Shown: piece by piece, positions 45,656 through 55,639 of the stretch | Position numbering within the stretch: the first letter of the stretch is position 1 | Layout: the number at the start of each line of letters is the position of its first letter | DNA from: an uncultured Acidimicrobiia bacterium | Lineage (GTDB): Bacteria > Actinomycetota > Acidimicrobiia > UBA2766 | Assembly: GCA_964370965.1 (NCBI GenBank) | Contig: CAYJLW010000001.1 | Location: forward strand, 98,084-162,083 | DNA length: 64,000 nucleotides | Reading direction: 5' to 3' | The notes under the pieces: model-generated | Told to the model about the DNA's origin: nothing | Databases searched by the model: none | What the model saw: the letters and a program-made list of their open reading frames with translations, nothing else | Translations under genes and position numbers: made by a program

Positions 45656-48127
45656 TCATCGGTTCCGGAGTTGTCGTTGTCGGAGGCGCTTGTAGACCGG
45701 TAGGAGGAGAGGGTAGAGGCCGCCGTCGCGCAGCATTTCCTTAGCGCGTGAGACGAAGCGGAACCAGAGCACTCCGCCGGCTCGTTTGCGTCGCTCGAAC
45801 AGGGCCCGGCGAGCGTCCTCGGTCAGGGTGACGGTGCGGGGACGGAGTTCTTTCAGTGCGGTCCAGCGCCAAGGCTCTTCCAACACCCGCCGGATGGGAT
45901 TGACCGCAGCGGCCCAGGTGTGAGTAGCCGCCAGCTTGCAGGCTGCCTCAGCGGAGCGCGTGCGGAGATCGACGTCCGAAACGAGGCGCCAGAGGGCGTC
46001 GGTCATGGCGGGGAGGTCGGCGGCGGGTACGACGAGGCCGGCGCCGTGGGCCTCGACCTCCTCGGCGAGAACGTCTCCGCCGGTCACCAGGGAGGGTAGC
46101 CCGGCCCAGAAGTGATCGAGGAGGCGAGACCTGAAGGCGAGGCGCGTCTCGGCGAGGTCCTTGGTGGCAAGCACGCCGACGTCTGCCTCGATCAGGTAGG
46201 CGCCCCTCTCGTCGTATGGCACCCAGTTCCCGAACAGGACTCTCGTGCCAGCAAGGCCGAGCTCCGAGGCGCGCTGACGGAGACGTTCCACGATCGGCAT
46301 GCGTGGCACGTTGCGTCCAGCGAGTTCGAGGCCCATGAAGTAGAGCCGAACGCGCGGGTCACGCTTCTGGACGGCATCGAATGCGTCCAGCACCAGAAGG
46401 GGGTCGAACCACTCCCAGGTGCCTCCACTCCAGAGGATCAGGATGTCGTCCTGTCCGACCTCCGGATGCACGCCCTTGATCACGGGCCGGGAGGGTACCG
46501 GTGGCTCGGAGGGGCAGCCGTACGGCACGACGTCGACAAGGTCGCGGAGGTGGGGATCCTCCTTGTAGTCGGCACGGTTGACTCGCCCCATGGAGCTCAG
46601 GGCGCCCATCCAGTAGTCGCGTTGGCGCTCTGACGCGCAGAGGAAGAAGTCGCCGTGTCGCAAGGCCGTGTTCTGTATCTGCGTGTCATGGGTCAGGTTC
46701 TTGTCCCCCACGAGGTCCCCGACGGCTGCGTGCAACTCCAGACTCTCGAAGAGCCAGGGGTCATAGACGTCGACGATCACGACGGGGTTGCACGATTGGA
46801 GGACCGGCCACTGGTGCAACGCTGGGGTCTGCACCAGGACGGCGTCGTGCTCCTCGAGCAGAGCGACCAACTCGTTGCGGGACTTGAACACCTCCGTGTG
46901 GATGTGCGGGTGGCTTCGCTCCACCGGCCACGGTGATCCGAGCGTCACGTGTGCGTCAGCGGCGATCGCCTTGGCAACTTCCCAACACCGGGCCCCAGGC
47001 CCGGCCATGCGGTCGCTGATCCGGTCGTAGGCGATCACCAAGAGCCGAGCGCTCCCGCGTTGACCCAGGGCGGCGTCGAGCCCCAGGAACTGGGTCACCG
47101 CCGCCGACGTCTCGGCGTAGAGCGGAGGTGCGTCGTCCGGGATAGCGAAGGGGCGCCCGACAGTCCGGAAGATCTCCTGGTCGCTGCGGCGCCGGCGCAA
47201 TTGAACGAGGCGTCGCGCCTCCTGGATCTCCGCGAGGCTGTGGGCGATGTCGGTGATCGCGTGGAATCTGGCCAGTGCGACACGGTCCACTTCCTCGGCA
47301 TCGCCTGTCGGCGCTGCCCCTGCTTCGTAGTCGGGGCGGCTTGAGCCGGAGGCGACGACTCCTCGCTCGTTGGCCAAGAGGAGACCCGCGGTCAGGAGGC
47401 TTTCCACTAGTCCCGATTCGGCATTCTTCGCCACTATTCGTAGCCAGGCCCTCTCGTGGGCGAGAGCCTCGGCACTTCCGATCGCCTGGCGGGAGGAGAG
47501 TCTGGTGATGGCCCTGGCTGCTGGGGCCCGGACCACTTCGAAACCAGCAGCCCAGAGCCGCCAGCCCAAGTCCACCGTGACAGAGGCTGGCGGGAGTTGC
47601 GCGTCAAAGCCGCCCAGCTCGACCAGGACGGGGCGCGAAACCACGAACGCGTCCACCGGGGGAAAGGCCGTGGTCCTGGGCTCCAGATCGAGTGGGTCTG
47701 AGTCGGCCCAGCTTCCGCGCCCATCAGTCGTGAACGCGGAGTCGCCCCTCACGATGCTGCCGGTCGAGTCGATCAGGGTGCCACACGCGCAGGCGCGTCC
47801 CCGCTCTGGGTCGAGTTCGGCGAGGACGTCTCCCAGCCAATCCGGATCCACGAGGACGTGCGACGCGACGACGGCAAGGGTGTTCGTTGCCGCGGCGTCC
47901 ACGCAGTCTTGTGCCACTTCGATGTGGTTCCTGTGCGGAGGGACCGCTAGGCAGGCCACGCCGGGAAGCGACCTGAGCGTATCCGGCCTGGCTGTGACGA
48001 CCATCACCTGCTTCGGCGGCGTCGTCTGCGACGCTATGTGGTGCAGGCATTCTGCTACGTCGCCGCCTGTGTCCAGCACGACCACCGTCGTGGACAGAGT
48101 GAACTCGTTGTCGGCTGGAGGATTCAT
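45656..48127 (-). CDS. Two-domain glycosyltransferase: degenerate GT2-like domain plus GT4-like domain
   Basis: C-terminal half MAGPGARCWE, DVYDP, WSGGTWEWFDP, FRSRLLDHFWAG; the N-terminal GT2 fold lacks acidic motifs; ATG 48127 avoids overlap with the upstream gene. Confidence 0.75.
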   Translation of the reverse strand: MNPPADNEFTLSTTVVVLDTGGDVAECLHHIASQTTPPKQVMVVTARPDTLRSLPGVACLAVPPHRNHIEVAQDCVDAAATNTLAVVASHVLVDPDWLGDVLAELDPERGRACACGTLIDSTGSIVRGDSAFTTDGRGSWADSDPLDLEPRTTAFPPVDAFVVSRPVLVELGGFDAQLPPASVTVDLGWRLWAAGFEVVRAPAARAITRLSSRQAIGSAEALAHERAWLRIVAKNAESGLVESLLTAGLLLANERGVVASGSSRPDYEAGAAPTGDAEEVDRVALARFHAITDIAHSLAEIQEARRLVQLRRRRSDQEIFRTVGRPFAIPDDAPPLYAETSAAVTQFLGLDAALGQRGSARLLVIAYDRISDRMAGPGARCWEVAKAIAADAHVTLGSPWPVERSHPHIHTEVFKSRNELVALLEEHDAVLVQTPALHQWPVLQSCNPVVIVDVYDPWLFESLELHAAVGDLVGDKNLTHDTQIQNTALRHGDFFLCASERQRDYWMGALSSMGRVNRADYKEDPHLRDLVDVVPYGCPSEPPVPSRPVIKGVHPEVGQDDILILWSGGTWEWFDPLLVLDAFDAVQKRDPRVRLYFMGLELAGRNVPRMPIVERLRQRASELGLAGTRVLFGNWVPYDERGAYLIEADVGVLATKDLAETRLAFRSRLLDHFWAGLPSLVTGGDVLAEEVEAHGAGLVVPAADLPAMTDALWRLVSDVDLRTRSAEAACKLAATHTWAAAVNPIRRVLEEPWRWTALKELRPRTVTLTEDARRALFERRKRAGGVLWFRFVSRAKEMLRDGGLYPLLLPVYKRLRQRQLRNR

Positions 48128-48159
48128 GCGAAGGGAGACTAGCGGTGGGTTGGGCGCCT

Positions 48160-49821
48160 TCAGGCGGTGCGGGAGCGGATCCACTCCCAGTTGCCGGTCC
48201 CCGTGTCATACCAGGTCGTGGGTTGGTCAAATGCGGCTCCGTTGGGAGCTGGCGAGAAGGTGAGGACTCCTGTCCTTGCTGAGCCGTAGTCGTACAGGAC
48301 GGCCAGAGAGTCCGTCGATCCGCCGGCGAACCGGCCGGCGACAGGCTTCGTGCGGTTGTAGCTCCAAGCCCAGTCCGAGGTGTTGAACCACAAGGCGGGT
48401 CCGTGGAAGTCCGTGCCAGTCGATTCTGCGACCCAGAAGCCCGTGCGGCTTTTCCCGTAGTTGTAGACGAGAGCGATGTCCGTGCGCCCGTCTCCCGAGA
48501 AGTCCCCCGCCAACGGTTCTGTGAGGTGGAACTCCCAATTGCCGGTCCCGCTGTGCCACCATGCCAACGGGGCCTGGAACGCGTTGTCCGCAGCGTGCAG
48601 GACCCACAAGCCCGATGTGGATCCGCCGTAGTTGTAGAAGAGGACGATGTCGTCACCGGCGGCCGCGTCGAAGTTGCCCGCCTGGGGGCGGGACCGGAAC
48701 GATTCCCAGTTCCCAGGCCCGCTCGACCACCATACGGCGGGCGTGCCGATACGAGTTCCTGACGATGGGAACACCCATACCGCTGTCAGCGCGACGCCGT
48801 AGTCGTACTGCATCGCCAAGTCGTCCCGACCGTCGTTCGTGAAGTCCCCGGGCACGGGACGGGATCGGGGCATGTCCCAGTGACCCGGAGCGCTGAACCA
48901 CCACGGTGAGGGTGGCGCGAAGCTGCTGCCCGTGGACGTGAGGACCCAGAAACCCGCAGTGGCGTTTCCGTAGTCGTACGTCATCCCGATGTCGTCCGCT
49001 CCTGCTCCGTCGAAGTTCCCGGCCAGCAGTTTCGAGCGGTTCGGGTCCCACGCGCCGCGCCCGCTTGCCCACCAGAGCCGCGGGCTGCCGAAAGCCTGGC
49101 CCGTCGAGGGGAAGATCCACAGGCCCGCAGTCGAGTTCCCGTAGTCGTACAGAACGGCGACGTCATCTCTCTGGTCGCCTGTGAAGTCGCCCTCGATTCG
49201 CTCCCCGCGTGGCCGCGGCATGGACCGATGTGGCTGCCACCAGCTCGTCGTTTGAAAGGCGCCTGCCCAACTGAAGCTGAAATGCACGTGGTCCGTATGA
49301 GGGCTCGCTCCGCCGTAGCTCTGCCAGCCGCGTTCGGGTTGGTACGACTTCCATATGCGCCTGTTCCAGATGACGTACATGATTCCGAGCCGGCGGGCCA
49401 TGGCGTTGGGGTTTCCGTACTCGTCGGAGGCCAAGAGCCAGTTCAGCAGTGACTGGGCGGCGGCTGCCTCCGCAGGGTTGTTGATGCGCACCCCCCAGTC
49501 CCATGCGCGGCCCTCCTTGTGCTCGCTCTGGCCCCCGATGCCGCAGTTGCGCGAGATGCCCGAGTCCCGGGTCCCCAGGTATGTCTTGAGGACGGTGGAC
49601 CTGAACGTCGACACTCCCGCTTGCGGGCTGGGCGAGCACGTCGATTGCCCGTCGTAAGGCTGGTAGTCATCTATGGCGCTGCCGAAGCCCGGTGCCGGCA
49701 GCACAGCCCGGGCATCGCCTATGGTTCCCGTCGACGTCACCGCAACGGTGGCCGCCACCACAACGAGATGTCCTGCCAGTGACCGGATGCCTGAAAGGAC
49801 CCGTTTCGTCGCATCAATCAT
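48160..49821 (-). CDS. Secreted protein: M15-like Zn-peptidase-motif domain plus six FG-GAP/VCBS-like repeats
   Basis: Signal peptide; SEHKEGRAWD and HTDHVH; six ~57-aa repeats starting G(D/N/R)F..YDYG with multiple Trp. Confidence 0.7.
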   Translation of the reverse strand: MIDATKRVLSGIRSLAGHLVVVAATVAVTSTGTIGDARAVLPAPGFGSAIDDYQPYDGQSTCSPSPQAGVSTFRSTVLKTYLGTRDSGISRNCGIGGQSEHKEGRAWDWGVRINNPAEAAAAQSLLNWLLASDEYGNPNAMARRLGIMYVIWNRRIWKSYQPERGWQSYGGASPHTDHVHFSFSWAGAFQTTSWWQPHRSMPRPRGERIEGDFTGDQRDDVAVLYDYGNSTAGLWIFPSTGQAFGSPRLWWASGRGAWDPNRSKLLAGNFDGAGADDIGMTYDYGNATAGFWVLTSTGSSFAPPSPWWFSAPGHWDMPRSRPVPGDFTNDGRDDLAMQYDYGVALTAVWVFPSSGTRIGTPAVWWSSGPGNWESFRSRPQAGNFDAAAGDDIVLFYNYGGSTSGLWVLHAADNAFQAPLAWWHSGTGNWEFHLTEPLAGDFSGDGRTDIALVYNYGKSRTGFWVAESTGTDFHGPALWFNTSDWAWSYNRTKPVAGRFAGGSTDSLAVLYDYGSARTGVLTFSPAPNGAAFDQPTTWYDTGTGNWEWIRSRTA

Positions 49822-49863
49822 CTTCGCTCATGGAATCCGTCCGATCTCGCCCTAAACGGTCTC

Positions 49864-52800
49864 TCACTTGTGCCTTCGTGCCCTCGATCCGAGGCGGCAA
49901 CGAAGGGTCCGGTTTCGCCGCCAAGCCTGCCGGAAACGGGTGGCTGTCCTTCTGAGGGTGAGGTAGAGCCCTTCCTCGTGCAGGCTTGCCCACAAGCTTG
50001 CGGCTCGGGACGCGGTCCCGCCGACTTGAGGGCGCGTCGGTCGATCATAGAGTATCGGGCCCCACACGCGGACGCACGGCGTCCCAGGGCGGGTGCGCAG
50101 CCCGTGCAGGTGGTGGCCGAGTCTTCGACCCCAGAGAGCGATGCGGCCGGACGTCCCCGCCCCTGGCCTCACGGTGACCAGCAGGCCGAGCGGGCCAATC
50201 GGGAGGAACGACGACGTGGCCTGGAGGTCGAATGCCGCCCATTCGTTGTCTCGCACCCGGCTCGCTGCCAGGTTCGCCCTGGCGAGGCACAGCCCGCTCG
50301 GGATGTCTCGGACCGAGACGCTGAGGCTGGTTCCAGGACCCGAGTATGTGGCCACTCTGAGGTCGATCCGCGACGGGACGCCGGCAGACGCTCTCAAAGC
50401 GAACCTGATCGGACGTTCCGCGGTGAGCTCAAGGGGGGTTTCGGCGTCCGCCCGGAGGACATGGGGGGCGCGTTCGTAGGGTTCCAGATCGAGGGCGGTG
50501 GGCGGGTCGTCCCTGGTCACGGGCGGGATCCGATTCGCGGCGCGAGACGGGTTGCGGGCTAGCTCCGTGGCGCGATCGAGGATGTCCGCGTATCGCTCGG
50601 CCTGCCGCCACGGTGACCAGCGCAAGAGCGCCTCCCGGCGGGCCCGCGAGCCGATGTGGCGGGCGGCCGTCGCGTCTTCCAGGAGGTGGCCGATGGCGTC
50701 GCTCCATTCGTCGGGCGTGGAAGCCAGCAGCCCCGTTTCGTCTTGGCGCACGACCTCCCGGAAGGGCTGCGTGGGGCTGGCCACGGTGGGCGTGCCCACG
50801 AGGGCCGCCTCCAGCCACTTGATCGCGCTCTTGGCCTCGTTGAAGAGGCCAGGTGTCAGCGGAGCGAGGTTCACGTCGAGATCACGCAGGGTTTGCCACA
50901 GACTGTCCCAGGGCTGGTAGGGGATGATCCTGAGCCGGTCGCCCAGGTGGGACAGGCGAGCCGACTTCGGGACGTGGCCCCCCAACCACAACTCCGTGTC
51001 TGGGTATGTCCGGAGCACGTCCAGCACAGGTTCCTCGATGAGAAGCCAGTCCAGGTCGTGCGTCGTCGTGCCGCTGAAGTAGCCGATCCTGGGCGGGCCC
51101 TGCGAGCGGTTCCTCGCCAGGGCAGCGTCGGCCAAGCGACCTCCGACCACTCCGACGCCGTTCGCGAAGCGCTCGGCGGGCAGTCCGACGACCCTGCTCG
51201 CGTGTTCGACCAGGGTTTCGGTTGACCCGATGTAGAGGTCGGCCTCCTGCATCGTCGTGCGGTACCGCTTCACGCCCTCCATCCAGAGCGCTGCTTCCTC
51301 TGGCGGGAGGAGTTGCAGGGCGGGGATGTCCTCGGCGATGCTGGGATCGAAGATGAGGTCGTCGACGTCGAAGACGATCGGGATCCCCTTGTCGCGCGCC
51401 CGATCGATGAGGGAGAGGACCGCCGGTGTCGCCGGGACGCGATAGAGGACGAGCGCCCCGACGTCTTTGAGAAGGTCGGGGAGGGCAGGGTCTCGGAAGT
51501 GACGCACATCTGAGCGGATTCCCAAGAGCCCCAGCGCTTCCGCAGGTAGTCGCGCCCGGTAGCGCAGCGGAGCACCCTCGATCCCGCAGGCGAACAGCAC
51601 CGAACCCACGGCGCGGCGAGGTGCCGGTGAGGAGGGCCGGCGTGTGGGCACCGCGAGCTCCCGGTAGAGGGCGTCGAGGCCGGACACCTGTTCGTTGATC
51701 GTGCGTGTTCGGATGCCGCGACAGCCCGAACGGAGCCGCGCTCGCAGCGGCGCGTCGGTGATGAAGCGTCGCAGGGCGTCGCTCAGCGCTTGTGGATCAG
51801 CGGCGGGGACCACGAGTCCGTTGTCCCCGTGCTCGACGACCTCCTCGGGGCCGAGGGAGTCCGTCGTTATCACGGGTACGGATCGGGTCAGCGCGTCACG
51901 GGTGAGGATCGAGTACGTCTCCCTCATCACCGATGGAATCACGAGGCCGTCGGCGCGGGAGAAGACAGTGTCGGCTTCGTCGGGATGGAACGGAGGGGCG
52001 ATTTTGACGGGGAGCCCGGAGAGCTCGGCGGGTCTCGGCGCATCCGGGGGAGCGGCCCCGTAGGCTACGAGCTCCCAGCCGGACAGGTCGGCCAGACGGG
52101 ACAGGGCTTCCCAGAGTACGTGGACGCCCTTCATCTGATGCGGCCCGCCCGCGTAGAGGAGCCGGACCAGACCGCCACCATGGCCGCCTCTCCCACCCTG
52201 GGCTCTTGTCACCTCTTGAGCCTCGACGCCGTTCTCGTCCACGCGAAGGCGGCCGGGAGCTACCCCGTTGGCCGCCATCACCTCCGCCGCGATGCGCGAC
52301 GGTGCCAGAACCATGTCGGCCGCGTCGATGATCCCGCGGAGGTACTGGGATCGTTCGTCGAGATCCGAGCGCCCTGTCTCGCATTCGCATGTTCCTGCCA
52401 CGACGACAGGGCAGCAGGGTCGGAAGGACCGATCCACGAGGAACTGGCGGGCGCAGAGCCACCAGAAATCGTGCATTGTGACTATCACCTGAGCGCCGGA
52501 GTTCGCCGAGGCCCGGACCAGGCCCGCGCCCAGAGTCTGGAGTGAGTGAAGATGCACGACGTCGGGACGAACGAGGTCCAGGTAGCGGCGGAACGCGGTC
52601 TCGACGGCCGGGTTATCGTAGTTCCTGCGGTCCTCCCAGTTCGTCCACGGCGTCGTGACTATCCACCTGATCGGCAGGCCGGACTCGTCCTTGTCTTCCC
52701 ATTCCTTCAACGGAGGCAGTCGGTCGTTCAGGTGGCCGGCGAAGACGCGCACGTCGTGGCCCAGTGCCCGCAGACCGCGGGACAGGCGCTGTGGCTGCAA

Positions 52801-52923
52801 TGTCCCGCCACTCACGAAGTTGGGGGGGTAGTGAGCGGAGACGACGACGATCCTGAGGGGCGCCTCTGTCTCCCGAGCGGAGCCAACCGACGCGAGCTGC
52901 TCTCGGCTCTCTCGCCCCGTCAC
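49864..52923 (-). CDS. Tandem GT4-GT4 glycosyltransferase with extra C-terminal domain
   Basis: HYPPNFVSGG, TMHDFW, KGVHVL, ETYSILTRD; second domain LRYRA, FDVDDL, YFSGTTTH, FNEAKSAIKWLE. Confidence 0.85.
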   Translation of the reverse strand: MTGRESREQLASVGSARETEAPLRIVVVSAHYPPNFVSGGTLQPQRLSRGLRALGHDVRVFAGHLNDRLPPLKEWEDKDESGLPIRWIVTTPWTNWEDRRNYDNPAVETAFRRYLDLVRPDVVHLHSLQTLGAGLVRASANSGAQVIVTMHDFWWLCARQFLVDRSFRPCCPVVVAGTCECETGRSDLDERSQYLRGIIDAADMVLAPSRIAAEVMAANGVAPGRLRVDENGVEAQEVTRAQGGRGGHGGGLVRLLYAGGPHQMKGVHVLWEALSRLADLSGWELVAYGAAPPDAPRPAELSGLPVKIAPPFHPDEADTVFSRADGLVIPSVMRETYSILTRDALTRSVPVITTDSLGPEEVVEHGDNGLVVPAADPQALSDALRRFITDAPLRARLRSGCRGIRTRTINEQVSGLDALYRELAVPTRRPSSPAPRRAVGSVLFACGIEGAPLRYRARLPAEALGLLGIRSDVRHFRDPALPDLLKDVGALVLYRVPATPAVLSLIDRARDKGIPIVFDVDDLIFDPSIAEDIPALQLLPPEEAALWMEGVKRYRTTMQEADLYIGSTETLVEHASRVVGLPAERFANGVGVVGGRLADAALARNRSQGPPRIGYFSGTTTHDLDWLLIEEPVLDVLRTYPDTELWLGGHVPKSARLSHLGDRLRIIPYQPWDSLWQTLRDLDVNLAPLTPGLFNEAKSAIKWLEAALVGTPTVASPTQPFREVVRQDETGLLASTPDEWSDAIGHLLEDATAARHIGSRARREALLRWSPWRQAERYADILDRATELARNPSRAANRIPPVTRDDPPTALDLEPYERAPHVLRADAETPLELTAERPIRFALRASAGVPSRIDLRVATYSGPGTSLSVSVRDIPSGLCLARANLAASRVRDNEWAAFDLQATSSFLPIGPLGLLVTVRPGAGTSGRIALWGRRLGHHLHGLRTRPGTPCVRVWGPILYDRPTRPQVGGTASRAASLWASLHEEGLYLTLRRTATRFRQAWRRNRTLRCRLGSRARRHK

Positions 52924-53912
52924 CGTCCGTCGTCACCTTCCTCCAAAAGCCGACGGATGTGGATGTCAGGGCTGGGACCGCCGCCCCGCCGCAATAGGCG
53001 CCACGCTATGAGTCCTGCGTGGAAGGACCGGGACTCCAGGACGTTGCGAAGGGCCCGCTCGAGCTTGACGATCCTGACTTGCGATGACTGCGACTCGGAC
53101 GCGTACCGCTGGTTGAGGTCGGCCAAGGCCGACACGGCGTCGGCGAGCTCCGCTCTTGCCGTTTCCAGCTCGGACTCCAGCGATGTCGCACGTTCCGTTG
53201 CCTCGCGTTCGCGGGTGAGAGCCCGGGCGAGGGGCACCCCGCGTTTCGTCGCCCGAAACACGAACTGGTATGTGTCGGCGTCGGGTTCGGTGGCGAGGTC
53301 GGCCCTCAGGTGGAGGAAGCGCTCGTCGCAGAGAGACGCCTGTTCCGTTGCTCCGATTGGGACCCGGGCGTGCGTCTCGTCGACGATCTCGAAGCCATTG
53401 CGCTCCAGGAGGTCCCGGGCCGACTCGCGTGTGAAGAACCGCAGATGGGTGTTGTCGAGCAGGCCGACATCTGTCATCCGGAAGTGGCCCGAGAGAAGCG
53501 CCAGACGTGCATCGACATGGGCGACGTTGGGGAGCGACACGACCAGGATGCCGTCGTCGACCAGATAGCGCGACAGGAGGTCGAGGATGCGGGAGGGGTC
53601 CCTCAGGTGCTCCAGGACATCGGTGGCGACCACGGCATCGAACGGGCCGAGCTTGTCCAAGTGCCCTGATCCCAAGGCGTCAAGGTCCGCCTCCAAGGCA
53701 GCATCGGCGACCTGCTCGAGGGACCGGGCTGCCGTGGGATCGAACTCGATCGCGGTGACGTGGGCTCCCCCCTCGCGCAGCCGCTTGGTGACGTGCCCCC
53801 CCGACGCCCCCAGCTCGAGGATCCAGCGGCAGTCCCGCGTCCATCTCACTGCGCACGCTGCGGGCAGATGAGGGTCGGCGGTGTCGAACTCGTATCCGTA
53901 CCTGTCGCTCAT
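52920..53912 (-). CDS. SAM methyltransferase with C-terminal coiled coil and amphipathic helix (WbdD-like terminator candidate)
   Basis: LELGASGG, FDAVVATDVLEHL, LLDNTHLRFFT; ~60-aa heptad stretch followed by SRSFHAGLIAWRLLRR. Confidence 0.8.
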   Translation of the reverse strand: MSDRYGYEFDTADPHLPAACAVRWTRDCRWILELGASGGHVTKRLREGGAHVTAIEFDPTAARSLEQVADAALEADLDALGSGHLDKLGPFDAVVATDVLEHLRDPSRILDLLSRYLVDDGILVVSLPNVAHVDARLALLSGHFRMTDVGLLDNTHLRFFTRESARDLLERNGFEIVDETHARVPIGATEQASLCDERFLHLRADLATEPDADTYQFVFRATKRGVPLARALTREREATERATSLESELETARAELADAVSALADLNQRYASESQSSQVRIVKLERALRNVLESRSFHAGLIAWRLLRRGGGPSPDIHIRRLLEEGDDGR

Positions 53913-55531
53913 GACGCCGGAACCCTACTCACGTCCCCCGCGTCCTTGCGCTGCGACGAGATCGGGGCGCCAAGGCCGGCGTCCCCGGCCACAGCGCCTG
54001 CGTGTGGGACCCCGTGACGCAGCAGCAGCAGGCACCCCAGGGCGGTTGCCACGCCGTAGCTGACGAGGAGGACGGCCGGATGCACTGGTCCCGTCCACGT
54101 CGGATCCAAGAAGTACAAGAGGGGGCCGGCGTAGCCCACGGTCACTCGGCGACCCGCCCACGCGAACGAGAGAACCTGGGCGAGCCCCCAGCAGCCCACG
54201 AGTATTGCTGCGAGTCGTCTCTCGATCCCGGGCGGCACGGACTTGGCGCCGATCGTCCCAGCGAGTATCGGTATGCCGGCGACGATCGGAATCGAGTAGC
54301 GACCCTGCCACACGAAACCGGCAGCGTTGGCCTTCAAGGACTCGAGCAGGACAGGCGCGATGAACGCGAACGCCACGAGTCCGGCCAAGGCCAGGAGTTC
54401 GCGCGCCTTCCCTCCGGCGAAGGCCGTGAAGAGGAGCATCCCCGAGACGCCTATCCAGATGAGGTAGGAGAGCGCGGGCCCGGGACTGTCCAGCCAGTTG
54501 AACACACCCACGATCTGTCGTAGCGTTGCCGCCTCGGTCTTGCCGAACGACACCCGGAGGATCGCGATCAGGGAAGCGTCGTGTGGCTTGCCAGTCACTC
54601 CCAGGCCGCCGACGGCCAGGATCCAGACGACGGCGATCACCGTGGCCAGACCGACAATTCCGAACGTCACGAGGTACCGGCGGTCCCTGATGATCAGGCG
54701 CTCCACGTCGCGGTTGCCGGCGACGGTGAGGACGACGACGATGGCCGCCAGCCACAGCGGCGACAACCCGCGCATGAGCACCAGGAGGCTGGCGCCCAGC
54801 GCGAAGCGCGACAGCGTGCGACGATCGACAAGGCTGGGCAGTCGCGTCACCATGACCAGGCCAGTTGCCCACACGGCGATGGCGGCGGCGATCTCGATCC
54901 CGTTTGGGTTCACGGAGCCGGCCAGGAACAGCGCCATCGGCGTGACCGCGTAGGTGGCGGTGGCAGCCATCCACCGGGCCTCGCGGAGGAGCCCCAGCGA
55001 CGCGAAGGCCGAGGCGAGGAGGGCGCCCACCAACGCAGCGGAGACGATGCGGGACAGGTACATGCCCTGGGCCGAGTGGAACAGGGCACTTGGGAGGCCC
55101 ACCATGACGTAGTAGAGGGGGGGGTGGCGGCCCGCCGACGTCCCGACCGGGATGTCGCGCCCACGATCTGAATACGGACCGGCGCAGCCCGGTACAGCCC
55201 CAGGCTTCGTGACCCAACATTCCGTCTGGTCTCCCGCGGTCGCCAGGTATTCCGGTGCATCGACCGCGAGTACCGCGTCCGCTTCTCCCTCCACTGGCCG
55301 ACCCAGGATCTGCCCCCGGGACGCCGCAGCGGCGCGGACTGTGTGTGAGATCTCGTCCGGTGAGCCGAAGGGGGGATCAGCCAGAGCCCACAGGGATCCC
55401 AGGGCGAAGAAGACTCCGAAGTAGGCCCACCAGCGGCGGCGTTCCGGCGCCTTCAGGAGGTTCCGCAGTCCGCGGCGCACACCAGGGTGGCCTGTCGCAA
55501 GTTCCGCTGTCGCTGCTGCGCCTCTTGTCAT
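53909..55531 (-). CDS. DUF2142-like GT-C membrane protein
   Basis: PPFGSPDEISHTVRA, HPPLYY, GSVNPNG, QGRY; about 12 TMs. Confidence 0.8.
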   Translation of the reverse strand: MTRGAAATAELATGHPGVRRGLRNLLKAPERRRWWAYFGVFFALGSLWALADPPFGSPDEISHTVRAAAASRGQILGRPVEGEADAVLAVDAPEYLATAGDQTECWVTKPGAVPGCAGPYSDRGRDIPVGTSAGRHPPLYYVMVGLPSALFHSAQGMYLSRIVSAALVGALLASAFASLGLLREARWMAATATYAVTPMALFLAGSVNPNGIEIAAAIAVWATGLVMVTRLPSLVDRRTLSRFALGASLLVLMRGLSPLWLAAIVVVLTVAGNRDVERLIIRDRRYLVTFGIVGLATVIAVVWILAVGGLGVTGKPHDASLIAILRVSFGKTEAATLRQIVGVFNWLDSPGPALSYLIWIGVSGMLLFTAFAGGKARELLALAGLVAFAFIAPVLLESLKANAAGFVWQGRYSIPIVAGIPILAGTIGAKSVPPGIERRLAAILVGCWGLAQVLSFAWAGRRVTVGYAGPLLYFLDPTWTGPVHPAVLLVSYGVATALGCLLLLRHGVPHAGAVAGDAGLGAPISSQRKDAGDVSRVPAS

Positions 55532-55639
55532 CGCGTCACCGTCAGGAACGCCTTGTGCCGGGGCACCGACGCGTGCAGGCGAGCAGAGTGGAACCCCGCC
55601 ATCTGACCGCCGCTCTCGATGTCATGGGCACCTTCGGCA

